In this document: positions 42,672 through 54,611 of the stretch, piece after piece
Position numbering within the stretch: position 1 is the stretch's first letter
Layout: every line of letters begins with the position of its first letter
NCBI GenBank assembly: GCA_951406725.2
Contig: OX597817.1
Span: 105,090,001-105,154,000 of the forward strand
Reading direction: 5' to 3'
Source of the DNA: Octopus vulgaris
Taxonomy: Eukaryota
Length of the DNA stretch: 64,000 nucleotides
Notes under the pieces: generated by a model
The model's database searches: none
What the model saw: only the letters and a program-made list of their open reading frames with translations
Told to the model about the DNA's origin: nothing
Position numbers and translations under genes: made by a program

Positions 42672-45600
42672 ATGGCAAATCTTAGAATCGGTTGCTTGAA
42701 TGTGAGAGGCCTCGGGTCACCTTGGAAACAGGGTCACCTGTTAAACGACCTGAGGTTTCATGATGTGGATATAGCAGCCATCAGTGAAACCAGGCTCTCC
42801 GACCCGCAGGAACTCGCAGCCCTTTTCGGCGGATACGAGATATTTCTATCTCCGTGTCGGCCGGGAGCGGGCGGTGGTGGTACTGCGGTGTTGTTTCGGA
42901 AGGGCCTGGACCTGAAAATAAGAACAGTCTTCTTGGATCCGGAAGGTAAGTTGGTGGTCCTCGACGTGGACGGTAGTGACGGCGGTGCTTTCAGACTGCT
43001 GGCTGCCTACGCTCCGACAGGAGCAGGGCAGTCGGATTATTTCAAACGTCTGGAAGTTTTCCTGGGAACGTCACGCACTCTAGTACTAGTTGGGGATTGG
43101 AACGCTGTCTTAGACGAACGTTTCGATCGGGTGGGCAGGGGAGCGTCTGATAGGAGAGGGGGTGGGTGCAAGAGCCTCGCCAACCTACTCGGCCGCTTTC
43201 AGCTGTCCGACAGGTTTCGACTAGACAACCCGAATGTGCCAATGTGGACTTGGACAAACCGCATCGGGTCGTCTAGATCGTACTTAGATAGAGTGTTTTG
43301 TAGGCCAGCGGATAAGGACAGCGTAGGGTGTCCACAATTCCACCTAGTCGAATATACGGACCACAAATTAGTGATCTGTACGGTCGACTTAGATAGGCTA
43401 CATAGACAGGGACCCGGCTACTGGAAGCTGAACGCGTCGTTAACGGCGTGCAAAGCTTACAGAGACCGGATTAGTTTACTAGTTAAGCGGGCGCCCACGG
43501 GGGCAATCATCAACAACAACTGGTGGTTTGCCCTCAAGAGAGCAATTAGAGTAGAGTCGATTAGGTATAGTAAGACTCTAGCTATTGAACGTAGGAAGAG
43601 AGAGCGGGATTTAGTTAAGAAACTAGACGAGGCTCTTGACACTGGCATCGCGACCGACGTGTTGGCGGCAAGGTTGGCCCTCGACCAACACTTCGACGCC
43701 AAACACGAAGGCTGCGTTGTCAGAGCTAAGGCACGTTCGCTAAGCGGGGAGGGGACTAGAGCCGCTCGATGGGCCCGCGTGGCGGAGGCGAAGCGAGGCA
43801 ACAGAGCAACCATTCGGTCTTTGGTGGACCAGAACGGGCGCGAGGTTACCCAACCGAAGCAGATGTGTACGGTACTTCAGCGGCACTTTGCTCAACTGTT
43901 TGGGACGAGCGGTGGAACGGACACCAACGGTACAGACTTCGGTGTGTACCTGGACGGACTGCCGCAACTCTCGGACAGCGAGGCAGAGTGCTGCGAAGGA
44001 CCGATATCTGCCTGGGAAGTACAGGAAGCGATGAAGAGTTGCACGAGAGGTAGATCGCCGGGTTTGGATGGTCTGCCCTACGAGCTTTACTTTTCAATGC
44101 CAGACTTGTTTGCGGACCTGTTGGCAAACGTCTACTGCAACTGGCAGCAAAACGGGAGAATTCCTGCTTTTGTCTGTCGAGGGGTGGTGGCTTTGCTAAA
44201 GAAGGACCCAAACAAGGGGGACGTTATAGGGAATTTCCGGCCCATCACTCTGCTCAATGCAGAGTTGAAGATTTTGGCCAAGGTGCTAGCCAAGAGATTG
44301 GCGCTTGTCGTGGACAAGCTGGTCGGCGGGACGCAGACATGCGCCGTGCCGACCAGGTCGATACACGACAACCTCCATCTCATGCGCTACATCATAGAGA
44401 GGGTGGGTAACGACGCTGGCGCGGGTGGGGCTTTGATCAACTTGGATCAGAGTAAAGCCTTCGATAGGGTCGACCATCGGTACCTGGCAGCTGTCCTCAA
44501 GGCAGCCGGCTTCGGTCCAGTCTTCCGCGGGTGGATCGCTGCTTTATACAGCAACATCTGCTCGGTGATACGGGTGAACGGTCACCTTTCGGAACCGTTC
44601 GACATCTCGCGTTCGGTCCGCCAAGGATGCCCTCTCTCCTCCCTCTTGTACATTTTGACTCTCGAGCCATTACTGCGCAAGTTGGAGGCTTTGAGGGGCA
44701 TCCCGCGCGATCTAGGAGGCGGAAACAGCGTGTCTGCTTATGCCGACGACGTCACCGTGGTGGTGTCGAGCCACAGGCACATTGGCCTGATTGGCGAGAC
44801 GCTAAACCAGTACGAAGCGGTGACAGGGGCAAAGATTAACGCGGAAAAGTCTGTGGGCTTGCAACTGGGCACCTGGAGAGGCAAGCCCATGCCGTCCAAC
44901 AGCGTCGTAGGGCGCTGGACAGACGGACCCGTTAAACTGCTCGGGGTCTGGTTCGGTCCGGACCTCCAGGTGGATAAGAACTGGGAAGAGGTGACGAGCA
45001 GGGTGGCACGTCTCACCCAGAAATGGGCCGAGAGGAAGCTGTCCCTGAAAGGTCGAGCGGAGGTGGCGAATGCGTACATCGCATCCGTCATCTATTACCG
45101 CTTGACCGTCGTCCCTTGTCCCGACCGCTGGTTGGCCAAGCTGGTACACCTGCTCTTCGACTTTTTGTGGAAGGGTCAGGTGCCACTGGTCAGGCGATCC
45201 ATCTGCTGTCAACGACCGCTGAACGGAGGCCTTGGAATGCCGTGGTTGCTGTTGCGCAGACATGCGCTCAGGCTGCGGCATCTCAAGCGCTTCCTAGACG
45301 GTGAACAGGTGTGGTCGTCTTTTGTCAGACGCGATTTTCCGCAGCTCGTCTCTTTGACGGAGCTGCAGACCTGGATCAAACGTAGACCGAGAAAGGGCGC
45401 TTGGCACCTCGAGTGCCGTCAAGCCCTCTCCGTCCTCCACCAGGCGGGCAATGCGGTCGGTTACAGCTCCACTCTAGCGTTCTATAGAGGGTTAGTGGAG
45501 GAAAAATGCGACGACGTTCTCGGGGAAACTCTAGGCGTTGAAGACGACGAACTGAGCGGTCTGTTCGGGAGGACTTTCGGGCCGGGGCCGATGGATAATT

Positions 45601-46106
45601 TCCAGAGGTCTCTCGCCTGGCAGTGCTACCGAGGGGCTCTGCCTGTTCGAGATAAACTCTACCGGCACGGAAGTGCCGTCAGCCGGGCCTGCCCGAGGTG
45701 TTGCCAGGACGACGAAACCGTTCTGCACGCACTCGTCCAGTGCCCGAGTATTGCTGAAATATGGGTTTATGTCGAACAGCTACTGTCACGTGTAGGACGG
45801 ATCCGACTATCGGCCGAATCCATAGTGAAGATTGCCCCGCCGACCTCCTTTAACAAGGAGGGCGAGGCCGTTTTCTTGTGCCTTGTGGCTGTGGCGAAAG
45901 AAGTCGTGTGGTGGACTCGTTTGAAAGGGCTAAAGTCAGACACTTTCCTCTTTGGTCAAGGCCTCATCAACTTTTTCAAGTTTCACTTGAAAAGGAAGAT
46001 GAGGTTAGAGAGGAAAGTGCTGTCCGATAGCAAGTTTTATGAAAGGTGGGTGAATTGTGCGAGACTGGCCTGTATAAATGGACCAGTTCTCAGGTTTCGC
46101 CTGTGA
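42672..46106 (+). CDS. Tx1 ORF2: APE + RT + zinc finger (1144 aa)
   Basis: As copy 1, with three residue differences seen (GASV/GASD, RALTG/RAPTG, LSALH/LSVLH). Confidence 0.95.
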   Translation: MANLRIGCLNVRGLGSPWKQGHLLNDLRFHDVDIAAISETRLSDPQELAALFGGYEIFLSPCRPGAGGGGTAVLFRKGLDLKIRTVFLDPEGKLVVLDVDGSDGGAFRLLAAYAPTGAGQSDYFKRLEVFLGTSRTLVLVGDWNAVLDERFDRVGRGASDRRGGGCKSLANLLGRFQLSDRFRLDNPNVPMWTWTNRIGSSRSYLDRVFCRPADKDSVGCPQFHLVEYTDHKLVICTVDLDRLHRQGPGYWKLNASLTACKAYRDRISLLVKRAPTGAIINNNWWFALKRAIRVESIRYSKTLAIERRKRERDLVKKLDEALDTGIATDVLAARLALDQHFDAKHEGCVVRAKARSLSGEGTRAARWARVAEAKRGNRATIRSLVDQNGREVTQPKQMCTVLQRHFAQLFGTSGGTDTNGTDFGVYLDGLPQLSDSEAECCEGPISAWEVQEAMKSCTRGRSPGLDGLPYELYFSMPDLFADLLANVYCNWQQNGRIPAFVCRGVVALLKKDPNKGDVIGNFRPITLLNAELKILAKVLAKRLALVVDKLVGGTQTCAVPTRSIHDNLHLMRYIIERVGNDAGAGGALINLDQSKAFDRVDHRYLAAVLKAAGFGPVFRGWIAALYSNICSVIRVNGHLSEPFDISRSVRQGCPLSSLLYILTLEPLLRKLEALRGIPRDLGGGNSVSAYADDVTVVVSSHRHIGLIGETLNQYEAVTGAKINAEKSVGLQLGTWRGKPMPSNSVVGRWTDGPVKLLGVWFGPDLQVDKNWEEVTSRVARLTQKWAERKLSLKGRAEVANAYIASVIYYRLTVVPCPDRWLAKLVHLLFDFLWKGQVPLVRRSICCQRPLNGGLGMPWLLLRRHALRLRHLKRFLDGEQVWSSFVRRDFPQLVSLTELQTWIKRRPRKGAWHLECRQALSVLHQAGNAVGYSSTLAFYRGLVEEKCDDVLGETLGVEDDELSGLFGRTFGPGPMDNFQRSLAWQCYRGALPVRDKLYRHGSAVSRACPRCCQDDETVLHALVQCPSIAEIWVYVEQLLSRVGRIRLSAESIVKIAPPTSFNKEGEAVFLCLVAVAKEVVWWTRLKGLKSDTFLFGQGLINFFKFHLKRKMRLERKVLSDSKFYERWVNCARLACINGPVLRFRL

Positions 46107-46385
46107 TTTCAAAGAAAAAGGTAATGTAAAAGGAGAAGAAAGGGGACTCTCTACACCCCTTTTTGACCAGGCTCCCGTTGGCTTTTGTAGGGTTTTTTCC
46201 ACCGGGAACATTTCGAGACGTCTCCCCCTTTTGGGAGTTTTTCATTGTTGAATTTTATAAGTTGTTATAAAGATTTTTACTCGATGTTTTAAAAAAACGG
46301 ACAAAACCCTTTGTAACCTTTCGTCCTGTCTTGTCCCTTCATGTAATCATGCGTGTCAGCCCTTGTGGCCAATAAAAAAGAATTG

Positions 46386-46457
<72 letters not shown>

Positions 46458-46458
<1 letters not shown>

Positions 46459-46888
46459 GCTATTTTCCGGAGAACTTTCGGGCGGGAACCGATGGATAAT
46501 TTCCAAAAAGCTCAGGCCTGGCAGTGGTACCGGACAGCTTTGCCTGTTCGAGATGAACTGTACAGGCACGGAAGTGCCGTCAACCGAGCATGTCCGAGAT
46601 GCGCGTATGACGACGGGACGGTCCTGCTTGCACTCGCCTAGTGTCCGAACATTGCTGACCTGTGGGATTATGTCGAACACCTGCTGTCGCGTGTGGGTCG
46701 GATCCGGCTGTTAACTGAAGCCATCGTGAAGATCCTCTCGCCGCATTCCTTTAATCGGGAAGGAAAGGCTGTTTTATATGCCTGGTGGCCAATCCCAGAT
46801 CAACTTCTTTAAGTTTAACTTGAAAAGGAAAATAAGGGTAGAGAGGGAAGTGTTGTCTTCTAGCCAGTTTGCTGAAAGGTAGATGAAA
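46458..46888 (+). mobile_element. Older, diverged Tx1 ORF2 3' fragment
   Basis: Homologous to about 45560-46055 (PMDNFQKAQAWQWYR..LPVRDELYRHGSAVNRACPRC) with stops and a deletion. Starts right after (ATT)24. Confidence 0.85.
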
Positions 46889-47170
46889 GTAGGCGCATTA
46901 GGTATGATAAAATAAATATTCAGACAAATACATAACAAAAAACACCAGGACTAACTAGTATATATAAACAGAAACAATTCCTGTCACAGTAGGCGCATTA
47001 GACAAATGCATAACAAAAACACCAGGACTAACTAGTATATATAACATACTGAAAATAGCACTACTGGCACCGCACACATCCTAGGTAAAGCACTTTCAAT
47101 ATAGTAAAAATAAGAACATCAACATCAAACCACAGCACATACCCAAGGCACACGGACTTGGGCTCGGAAG
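46889..47170 (+). mobile_element. R4/Dong-like 3' fragment, opposite orientation, with internal duplication
   Basis: gtaggcgcattaggtatgataa..acataacaaaaacaccaggact (twice)..aaaatagcactactggcaccgcacacatcct..cacagcacatacccaaggcacac. Confidence 0.8.
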
Positions 47171-47589
47171 GGAATTTCTTGGTGCTATTCCATGGTCACT
47201 CGTGACCGAAGGAGGTCTTTACTCCTTTCTTTTATGTGTATGTTAACAGTTTATCATATTAGAAATATCTTAATGTTTCTTTAAGAATTTCTGGTTGGTA
47301 GATGGGTCGTCTATCGCTCTTTTTACGAGTATTGATTTGTTTTCCTCATAGGAAACTATCTAGAGCGGTGGCTTCCATCGTTCCTCTGCCCTTGTTACCC
47401 TATGTTCTCATGCCGAAGGTATGCGACGTTTTGTTTCACTCTAACAGAGAAAATATAAGCTCCAGAGGAAATCTCACAACACATATTACTGTCGACGATA
47501 ACACAGGGTGTAGTAACACCACATTTGTAGATCCTATCCAAAAGCTTTTTAACTGTGGGCATTCCGTTTCCTCTCTCCCTCTCTAGTCA

Positions 47590-47720
47590 TAGAGTATCTT
47601 ATTTTATCGACACCGAAAGGACGAAAGGCAAAGTCGACCCTGGTGGCATTCGAACTCAGAACGTAAAAACGAACGAAATGTCGCTAAGCATTTTGCCCGA
47701 TGCGCTAACGATTCTGGCTA
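47590..47720 (-). mobile_element. SINE family B fragment
   Basis: ttattttatcgacaccgaaaggacgaaaggcaaagtcgacc..gctaagcattttgccc. Confidence 0.75.
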
Positions 47721-48921
47721 TATTATATAATGTGATATTCTTTCAAGACAGTAAGGTATGTGATTTGAAGAAGATATTTGCTGCTATTTCCAATAAATCA
47801 AAATTTTGAACAATTTAGATGGATGATAAAAACCAATGCTATCTGATTGTAAACCATGCTGAAATAATTTTGAGTGTTGTCAGTCGCACGAGTTGTTTAA
47901 ATGTTGAAACAGCCTAATATAATACAGTGATGAGTTTTTCACTCTTCCAGGGTCAATAAAATTGATACCAGTCAAATACTACGGTCGATTTAATCAATTG
48001 TTTTCTATTCCGAACGTTTGCGGCCTTATGCCTCTTTATGCGGGATAGTTTTTGTTTTAGTGATTATCGTATTTCTCAATTGTTTATGTTGTTCTTGCTT
48101 ATCATACTGAATGATTAAGTATTGTCATTTGAGAAATCTCACTTTACTTGCTTTGCTATGTAAAATGTCTATTCTGTCGAGTTAATTTGCCTTTCCAGTT
48201 TTCTCTTCTTTATCATTCTTCTCTAACAATACATGACTTATTTAACCATACATTTTCCTTGGCTAAGTTGATATAAATGTGGAGAAAGGAAATCAACTTA
48301 TATGTATCAGTATTGGTATGTTGTCATATGAAATGTATCTATTTATGAAAACTATTTAGCTACGTTGATATTGATAGACAAGATTTTAAAGCTATGTTAG
48401 CTGCCGTTACAGGCTTTTATCAAATTGTTTACTCCCCTTAGGTACATTCTTGCATTTCCTGTAAATCTTTTCATACTAAAAGATTTTGAACTTTCTGTTT
48501 AGTCTTCACATGAAGTGAGATTATCCTGTCATTGACTACACAGGTCGAGTGCTTTGTCACTATTAAATTATTTCCAATAAGCGAAGCTAGTTGTGAAGAC
48601 AATCGTGCAGCATTCCTTTAGGTAGGAGTGGGAGGGACGTGAATGATTTGTTTGTTTTGTAGTTAAGTTGTGGGACGGAGCTGATAGAGGAAGCTTAATA
48701 GATTGAGGCCAGGATTTTTTCGCTCCAACAAAATATTCCTATATCACTTTAGGCAAGGGCGAGGATAGTGAAAGAAATCCTGTGGCTGGTAAAATTTGTT
48801 TTCTTCATGACTGTTTTAAGGTTCTCATTGAACGCAGTCTTTATTTTATGCTTAGAAAAAGACAATGTTGAAGCGTACTCTTCAACAATGGCGAATGAGC
48901 CACAAGAGGCCGATAGTTATT

Positions 48922-49169
48922 GATTTCAAATTTTAGCACAAGGCCATTAAGTTTGGAGGAGGGGTTAATCGATTACATCAACCCCGATACTCAACCGATA
49001 CTTATTTTATTGACCCCAAAAGGATGGAAAAGCAAAGTCGATCTCGGCAGAACGTAAAGACGGACGAAATGCCGCTAAGCATTTCGTCCGTCATTACGTT
49101 CTGCCGAGGTCGACTTTGCTTAGCGGCATTCCGTCCGGCGTGCTAACGATTCTACCAGCTTGCCGCCTT
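48922..49169 (-). mobile_element. SINE family B with internal fold-back
   Basis: Family B motifs with an inverted duplication at 49030-49121. Confidence 0.8.
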
Positions 49170-49299
49170 GAGGCAGAGAGTTGACGAGTTTCAACTACTC
49201 CACAAACGACTGGTTTTACAGTGCCAGAGAATTATATTTCGTACTATTCTGTGATAGAATGGCAGAACTACAAAGTGATTCAAAAGAACAATTAATTTT

Positions 49300-51076
49300 T
49301 TTTTTATAAGAAACAGACAAGTGAACGAACCAGTGGACTTCTTTGCCACCTCACCTATAACCAGCGAGGCAGTTACTATAGAATATATTGACATTAGCGA
49401 AGAAGATGTCCTACTAGCCATAGATGAAGTGGACACAAACTCATCTGCTGGTCCAGATGGTTTCCCAGCAATCCTCCTCAAAGCGTGTAAGCATGCCCTG
49501 GCAAAACCCCTCAAGATTCTCTTCCAGAGCTCTCTTACAAATGGCAAACTGCCAAGCAAGCTGAAGGAGGGAAAAATATGCCCAATACATAAAGGGGGAA
49601 GTACAGCAGATGCCAAAAACTATAGGCCTACCTCTCTGACTTCACACATCAGCAAAGTCATGGAACGGATAGTCAGAAAGAAACTAATCGCATTCCTCGA
49701 GGAAAATAACTTGCTGAGTGATACCCAGCATGGTTTTCGACCAGGTAGAAGCTGCCTGACCCAGCTCTTACAACATTATGACTGGGTGTTGAGGCAGTTA
49801 CTCAACAAATCAAATGTGGACGTAATCTATCTTGATTTTGCAAAAGCCTTTGACAAGGTGGGTCAAGGTATGATATGCCACAAACTGCGTAACCTCGGGA
49901 TAGCTGGAAAACTTGGAGTGTGGTTACATGACTTCCTGAAAGATAGGAGTCAGGCAGTAGTGGCTAATGGAGCCACCTCTATGAACACACAAATCGTGAG
50001 CGGTGTTCCACAGAGCACTGTCTTGAGACCACTGCTTTTTATAGTGACCCTCTCAGACATGCCCTCAAATGCCCGGATAGCCACTCTGGCAAGCTATGCA
50101 GACGATACGAAAGTCTCGCAGAAAATACAGAACCCCAGCGATGTTGCACACCTACAGCAGGAGTTGGACTCAATCTACAGATGGGCTGAGGATAGTAATA
50201 TACAGTTTAATGCTGAAAAATTCCAGGCCCTGCGCTACCAGCATTCAAAACTGAATATCAAACTTACAGGATACACTGGTCCACAGGGAATTTCAATCCC
50301 AGAGCCTCAGTCTGTGAGGGACCTGGGTGCCGACATGGGTGATGATACCCCTTTCTAAGTGCACATTACCAGGATGGCGACAATGTGCAGACGACTGGCT
50401 GGATGGATCCTAAGAACATTCAGAATCAGAGATAAGGAAACCATGATGGTCCTCTGGCGGACATTCGTCCTCAGTCGCCTGGATTACTGCTCACAGCTAT
50501 GGTCACCCACTAGTGTGAAATTAACAGCGGACCTTGAAGCAATCCAGAGATGATTCACAAAGAAAATCGTCTCTTTGCAACAGCTCAGCTACTGGGAAAG
50601 GTTGAAACAGCTAAGACTCTACTCCCTGGAGAGAAGACGGGAGAGGTATGCAGTAATATATGTCTGGGAGATCCTGGAAGGAATTGTGCCAAATTTTGGC
50701 ATTGTAAGCTACACCAATGCTAGAACGGGATGACACTGCATAGTGCCAAAGATCCCAGCAATTCCATCACGCTTCAGGACCAGCTACTGCAACAGCCTGG
50801 GTTTCAAGGGCCCACAACTTTTTAATATTCTCCCAAAGAGTCTGAGGAACTTGCACAAAGTAGATGTAGCGGTTTTTAAATCAAAGCTGGACATCTTCCT
50901 GTCGAGAGTCCCAGATGAACCTACCTCACGGCAAGAGGTGCAAATGAGAGTAGCTATATCAAACTCCATTCTTCCCCAAGTGCCACATATTAGAGGAGGC
51001 TCTTCGTAATAACAGCGTAGCACAAAACGACGGTGCATCAGCATGGCCGCAGCTCTGAGCTGAAACAAAAAAAAAA
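49300..51076 (+). mobile_element. 5'-truncated CR1-clade LINE (decayed RT and C-terminus) with intact 3' end
   Basis: SAGPDG, NYRPTSLTSHISKVMERIV, QHGFRPGRSCLTQLL, YLDFAKAFDKV, GVPQ, YADDTK, DYCSQLWSP, LSYWERL..LYSLERRRERY; in-frame stops; ends gcatggccgcagctctgagctgaaac(A)n. Confidence 0.9.
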
Positions 51077-51764
51077 CGAACTGTTTCTTAGAAAAAATTT
51101 TTTTTCCTATGTATAGTGACTTTTGACTCACCCTGTATTATTAGTTGTGTGACATAAAATTATTCCCTGTAGTATTTTAATTAACATTTTTACTATGAGT
51201 TCTGATCCAATTGAGGTTGGCTTTTGCGTTTCATCCACCCATTCAAGTACTTGGATCGATCTAATTCCCTATTTCTATATTGCTGGTTATGTGTCTATGC
51301 AGAAAATTATTCATTTTTGCTGTTGTTATTATAGTTGTTCTTGTTGCAGTTATTAGTGGTGTGACTGATAGAATCGATAGATCACTGGATAAAATGTCTT
51401 GCGATATTTAGTAATCGATAAACTAAATGTCAATCAAGTGGTATGATTAATTCAATTAACATTCCACCATCCCCTATCACTTCTGTCTTTGAGGATAGGC
51501 ACGGTGCTTTTGTTATTGCATTGTCCAGTCTGTAAATAGTGCTGTTGATGTTGTTGTTTAACCCCGTGTAAGACCTGGCTAAGCAGACGCCAATCAAAGG
51601 GATTCGTACCGTAACCATCTCATCTTTTACCTTAAGACAGGTAAAATCTAATTTGAAGGAAAATCAGTTGATAAATCTTGTAGGTTAGCGACCACGCAGA
51701 AGATTTGACTGGTATAAAGAGCGATTATAGAGAAAGTCCTTCGGGCTTATCATTGGTAACGATC

Positions 51765-51882
<118 letters not shown>

Positions 51883-52592
51883 TTTCTGTATTTTTCCTTA
51901 ATGATTATTCGAACTACTCAGAGGGAGATCTTGGTATTTTGTAGTTATTGTTTAGCCAAATGTTAGCCCTAATCAAGCATACAAACAAACAAGGGTATTC
52001 CAGTTCTAACCAACCATCTCGGCTTTTTGTATATCTAGAACTACATTGTCTAGTGATGTATTCCTCTTATAAGACGATAGGTTGCGTATGAGAGTGATTT
52101 AACTGCTATTTGAAGCAGGTTGAACGACTAGTGATTATGCATGTAGTGGCCTGATCAGTAAGCGAGTATAGTGTTTGCAGCAGCAAGAGACTATACATGT
52201 TTAAATGATGTTTCATTAAGTATAATTTTCTTTGGTTGCGTGGGTCGTCTGTAAATGTCGTTTGCATGCAGACTTTAATGATAAACATTGTTTAGGTCAA
52301 AACAGAGAAATGTGAAGCCGTATTAAACTAAATATTGCTTTCAGTGATGTGACCCAGGTCAGCATTCCCCACCAACCATGTAGAACCATGATCAAAGGCC
52401 TCCCGACTCTGGCCATCGCGTGATTCAGCCCTTCCCTGTGACTACATTATTAAATGCATATTTTTTAAGAAGCTTGGGTATGATTCAAATTTGGCGATCA
52501 TTCATATCAGACCGAGTGACCATGTAGATGCGCCGTCATTGTGTTATGTTTTTAGGCTGTATTAAAGAAAATTCTATTAAATATATTAAATA

Positions 52593-52795
52593 TTGGTTTC
52601 AAATTTTGACACAAGGCTGGCAAGCTCAACGAAGTGGGTAAGTCGATCGCATCTACATTACCACAACTAGTACCTTTTTCGACTCCGATAGGATGAAAAG
52701 CAAAATTGACCTCGGCGACATTTCAACTCAGAACGTAAAGACGGACGAAATACTGCAAAGCATTTTGTCCAGCGTGCTGATGATTCTATAAGCCT
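52593..52795 (-). mobile_element. SINE family B, diverged
   Basis: tttcaaattttgacacaagg..ggatgaaaagcaaaattgacctcggc..aactcagaacgtaaagacggacgaaatac. Confidence 0.75.
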
Positions 52796-52819
52796 TGAAT
52801 ATATCAAACATTAGTGTAT

Positions 52820-52919
52820 AGACAGACAAACAGACAGACAGACTGACAGATAGACAGATAGATAGATAGATAGATAGATAGACAGATAGACAGACAGACA
52901 GGCAGACAGACAGACAGAC

Positions 52920-52982
<63 letters not shown>

Positions 52983-52995
52983 CAGATAGTTAGAT
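52820..52995. repeat. (GACA)n/(GATA)n microsatellite
   Basis: Direct reading. Confidence 0.95.
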
Positions 52996-54611
52996 ACCTA
53001 CATACATCTGAAGATACGCCGTACAGCTAAACCCCTTATGAGTGAGAAACCTAGGTTAAACTCATAAACCGGCGTCCATTATAATATTAACTGCTCTACG
53101 TCTTAGAGTGTGCATCTCCCCCGGAGAAGCACATTCTTTAAGACACACGCACACTCACACATATTTAATAGTTAAACACTAAATGTAATTACATTTATTG
53201 GGGAAATCAATGCTAATAATTAATACCCATTGTTGGTTGTTTGGTCACGCTAAAAATGTCATGTTACCTTATAAGAAAATAATCAATACGTTCATTTGTA
53301 ATTAATTATTAGTTAAACAGTATAATTGTTATTAATAACATATATTTATTACAAGTTTAGAAAAAAGAAATTGTTTTATTCATTTATTTGAATTTAATAA
53401 ATAGTTTTATTTAAACATTATGGATTAATTTCATTGCTTTGTATCTAAAAGCACTATGAAATCTGAAAACAGCAAAATTATAATTATTATAACACTATAA
53501 CATAACATGATGTTATCCGTAGTCTTAAAAGTTATATCCACGTCGTATGATCAATATCACTAGTGTATAAATATTAAAACGAAATTTTAAAAATGTAAAA
53601 TTGATTGTATAGAAAATTTCATGACAATTTAAGAACTTTAGAATAAATGTAATACAATGTAATCAACAAAAAAATAATTTTTATGCAAAACCCAGACTTC
53701 TTCTATAAAGCTATCTTTAAGCTTTAAAGCATCAGATTTTTTATTTTGTTCCTTCTCATAATTAAGCTGACATTAATTAGTTTTCCATCTAGAAGATGGC
53801 TTTCCTTCACCGAGTTGTTATTGATTCACTCCAAGTTAACTTTCATCGAGCAGACCTATATTCAAAGACTTCACAGTCGTCATCTCTCCGTGTTTTTCCA
53901 GATATAGTATATCCAGCAGTACATCCATTAACTTCCTAATTTCCAAGATAGTACTGAGTGATTTGAAGGAGAATATGCTACTATATCATGCAGGGTGAAT
54001 GACCGCGTAGATGCTTCCTCGTTTGTTCGGTTTATTCTAGTTCGTTTTTCGTGAACGCATTACTATATTACGACAGTGACAACATTAATGCTTCTTACCC
54101 CTTACTATTTAATTATATCTAAAAATTAAATCTAGTTTCCTAGCGGTGATTATTTTCTATTTGCGATATTTTTAATTCCTATGCGTTTTTATTTCTTTAT
54201 TCTTTCTTTTTTATTCTTCAGTGCCGTCCCTCTACCCAATTTGATTTTAAACCACTATGACATTTTTTTAAAGATATATTGTTTCGACAACCAAGCTATT
54301 GATAGACTTAAAATGTATTAGCATACATTTTAACATTCCAATTCTAGCTATGTAGTTTATATCAGACAAAAATAATGTTTTATTCCTCGATATTTTCATT
54401 GCGAAAAAGGGTTGGATTTCGAGGCACAGACAATCCTTCTGGACACAGATGATAAGTCGGTTCTCCTGGACATGAACAGCAGCGAAAGCTGTGTCTTTAG
54501 ATTATATCTTCCAATTTATGTCTTCAATTATGTCAGGCAACCAGACTTTTCTTGGGCGTGAAGAAGCATTCTTGGGAATTTTACGCTTGTTAACGCATTG
54601 TGGCATCATTG

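Larger units (their letters stand above)
40533..46385 (+). mobile_element. Full-length Tx1-clade non-LTR retrotransposon, copy 2 (about 5.85 kb)
   Basis: Same 5' and 3' nucleotides as copy 1; preceded by (ATT)7 and followed by (ATT)24. Confidence 0.93.

Noticed and set aside
37582-45728. Many overlapping and antisense ORFs within the Tx1 ORF2s
   Set aside because: Shadow ORFs expected in GC-rich coding sequence; no motifs.
54420-54610. Cys-rich minus-strand peptide resembling a piggyBac C-terminal domain
   Set aside because: Too short and frameshifted to support a call.
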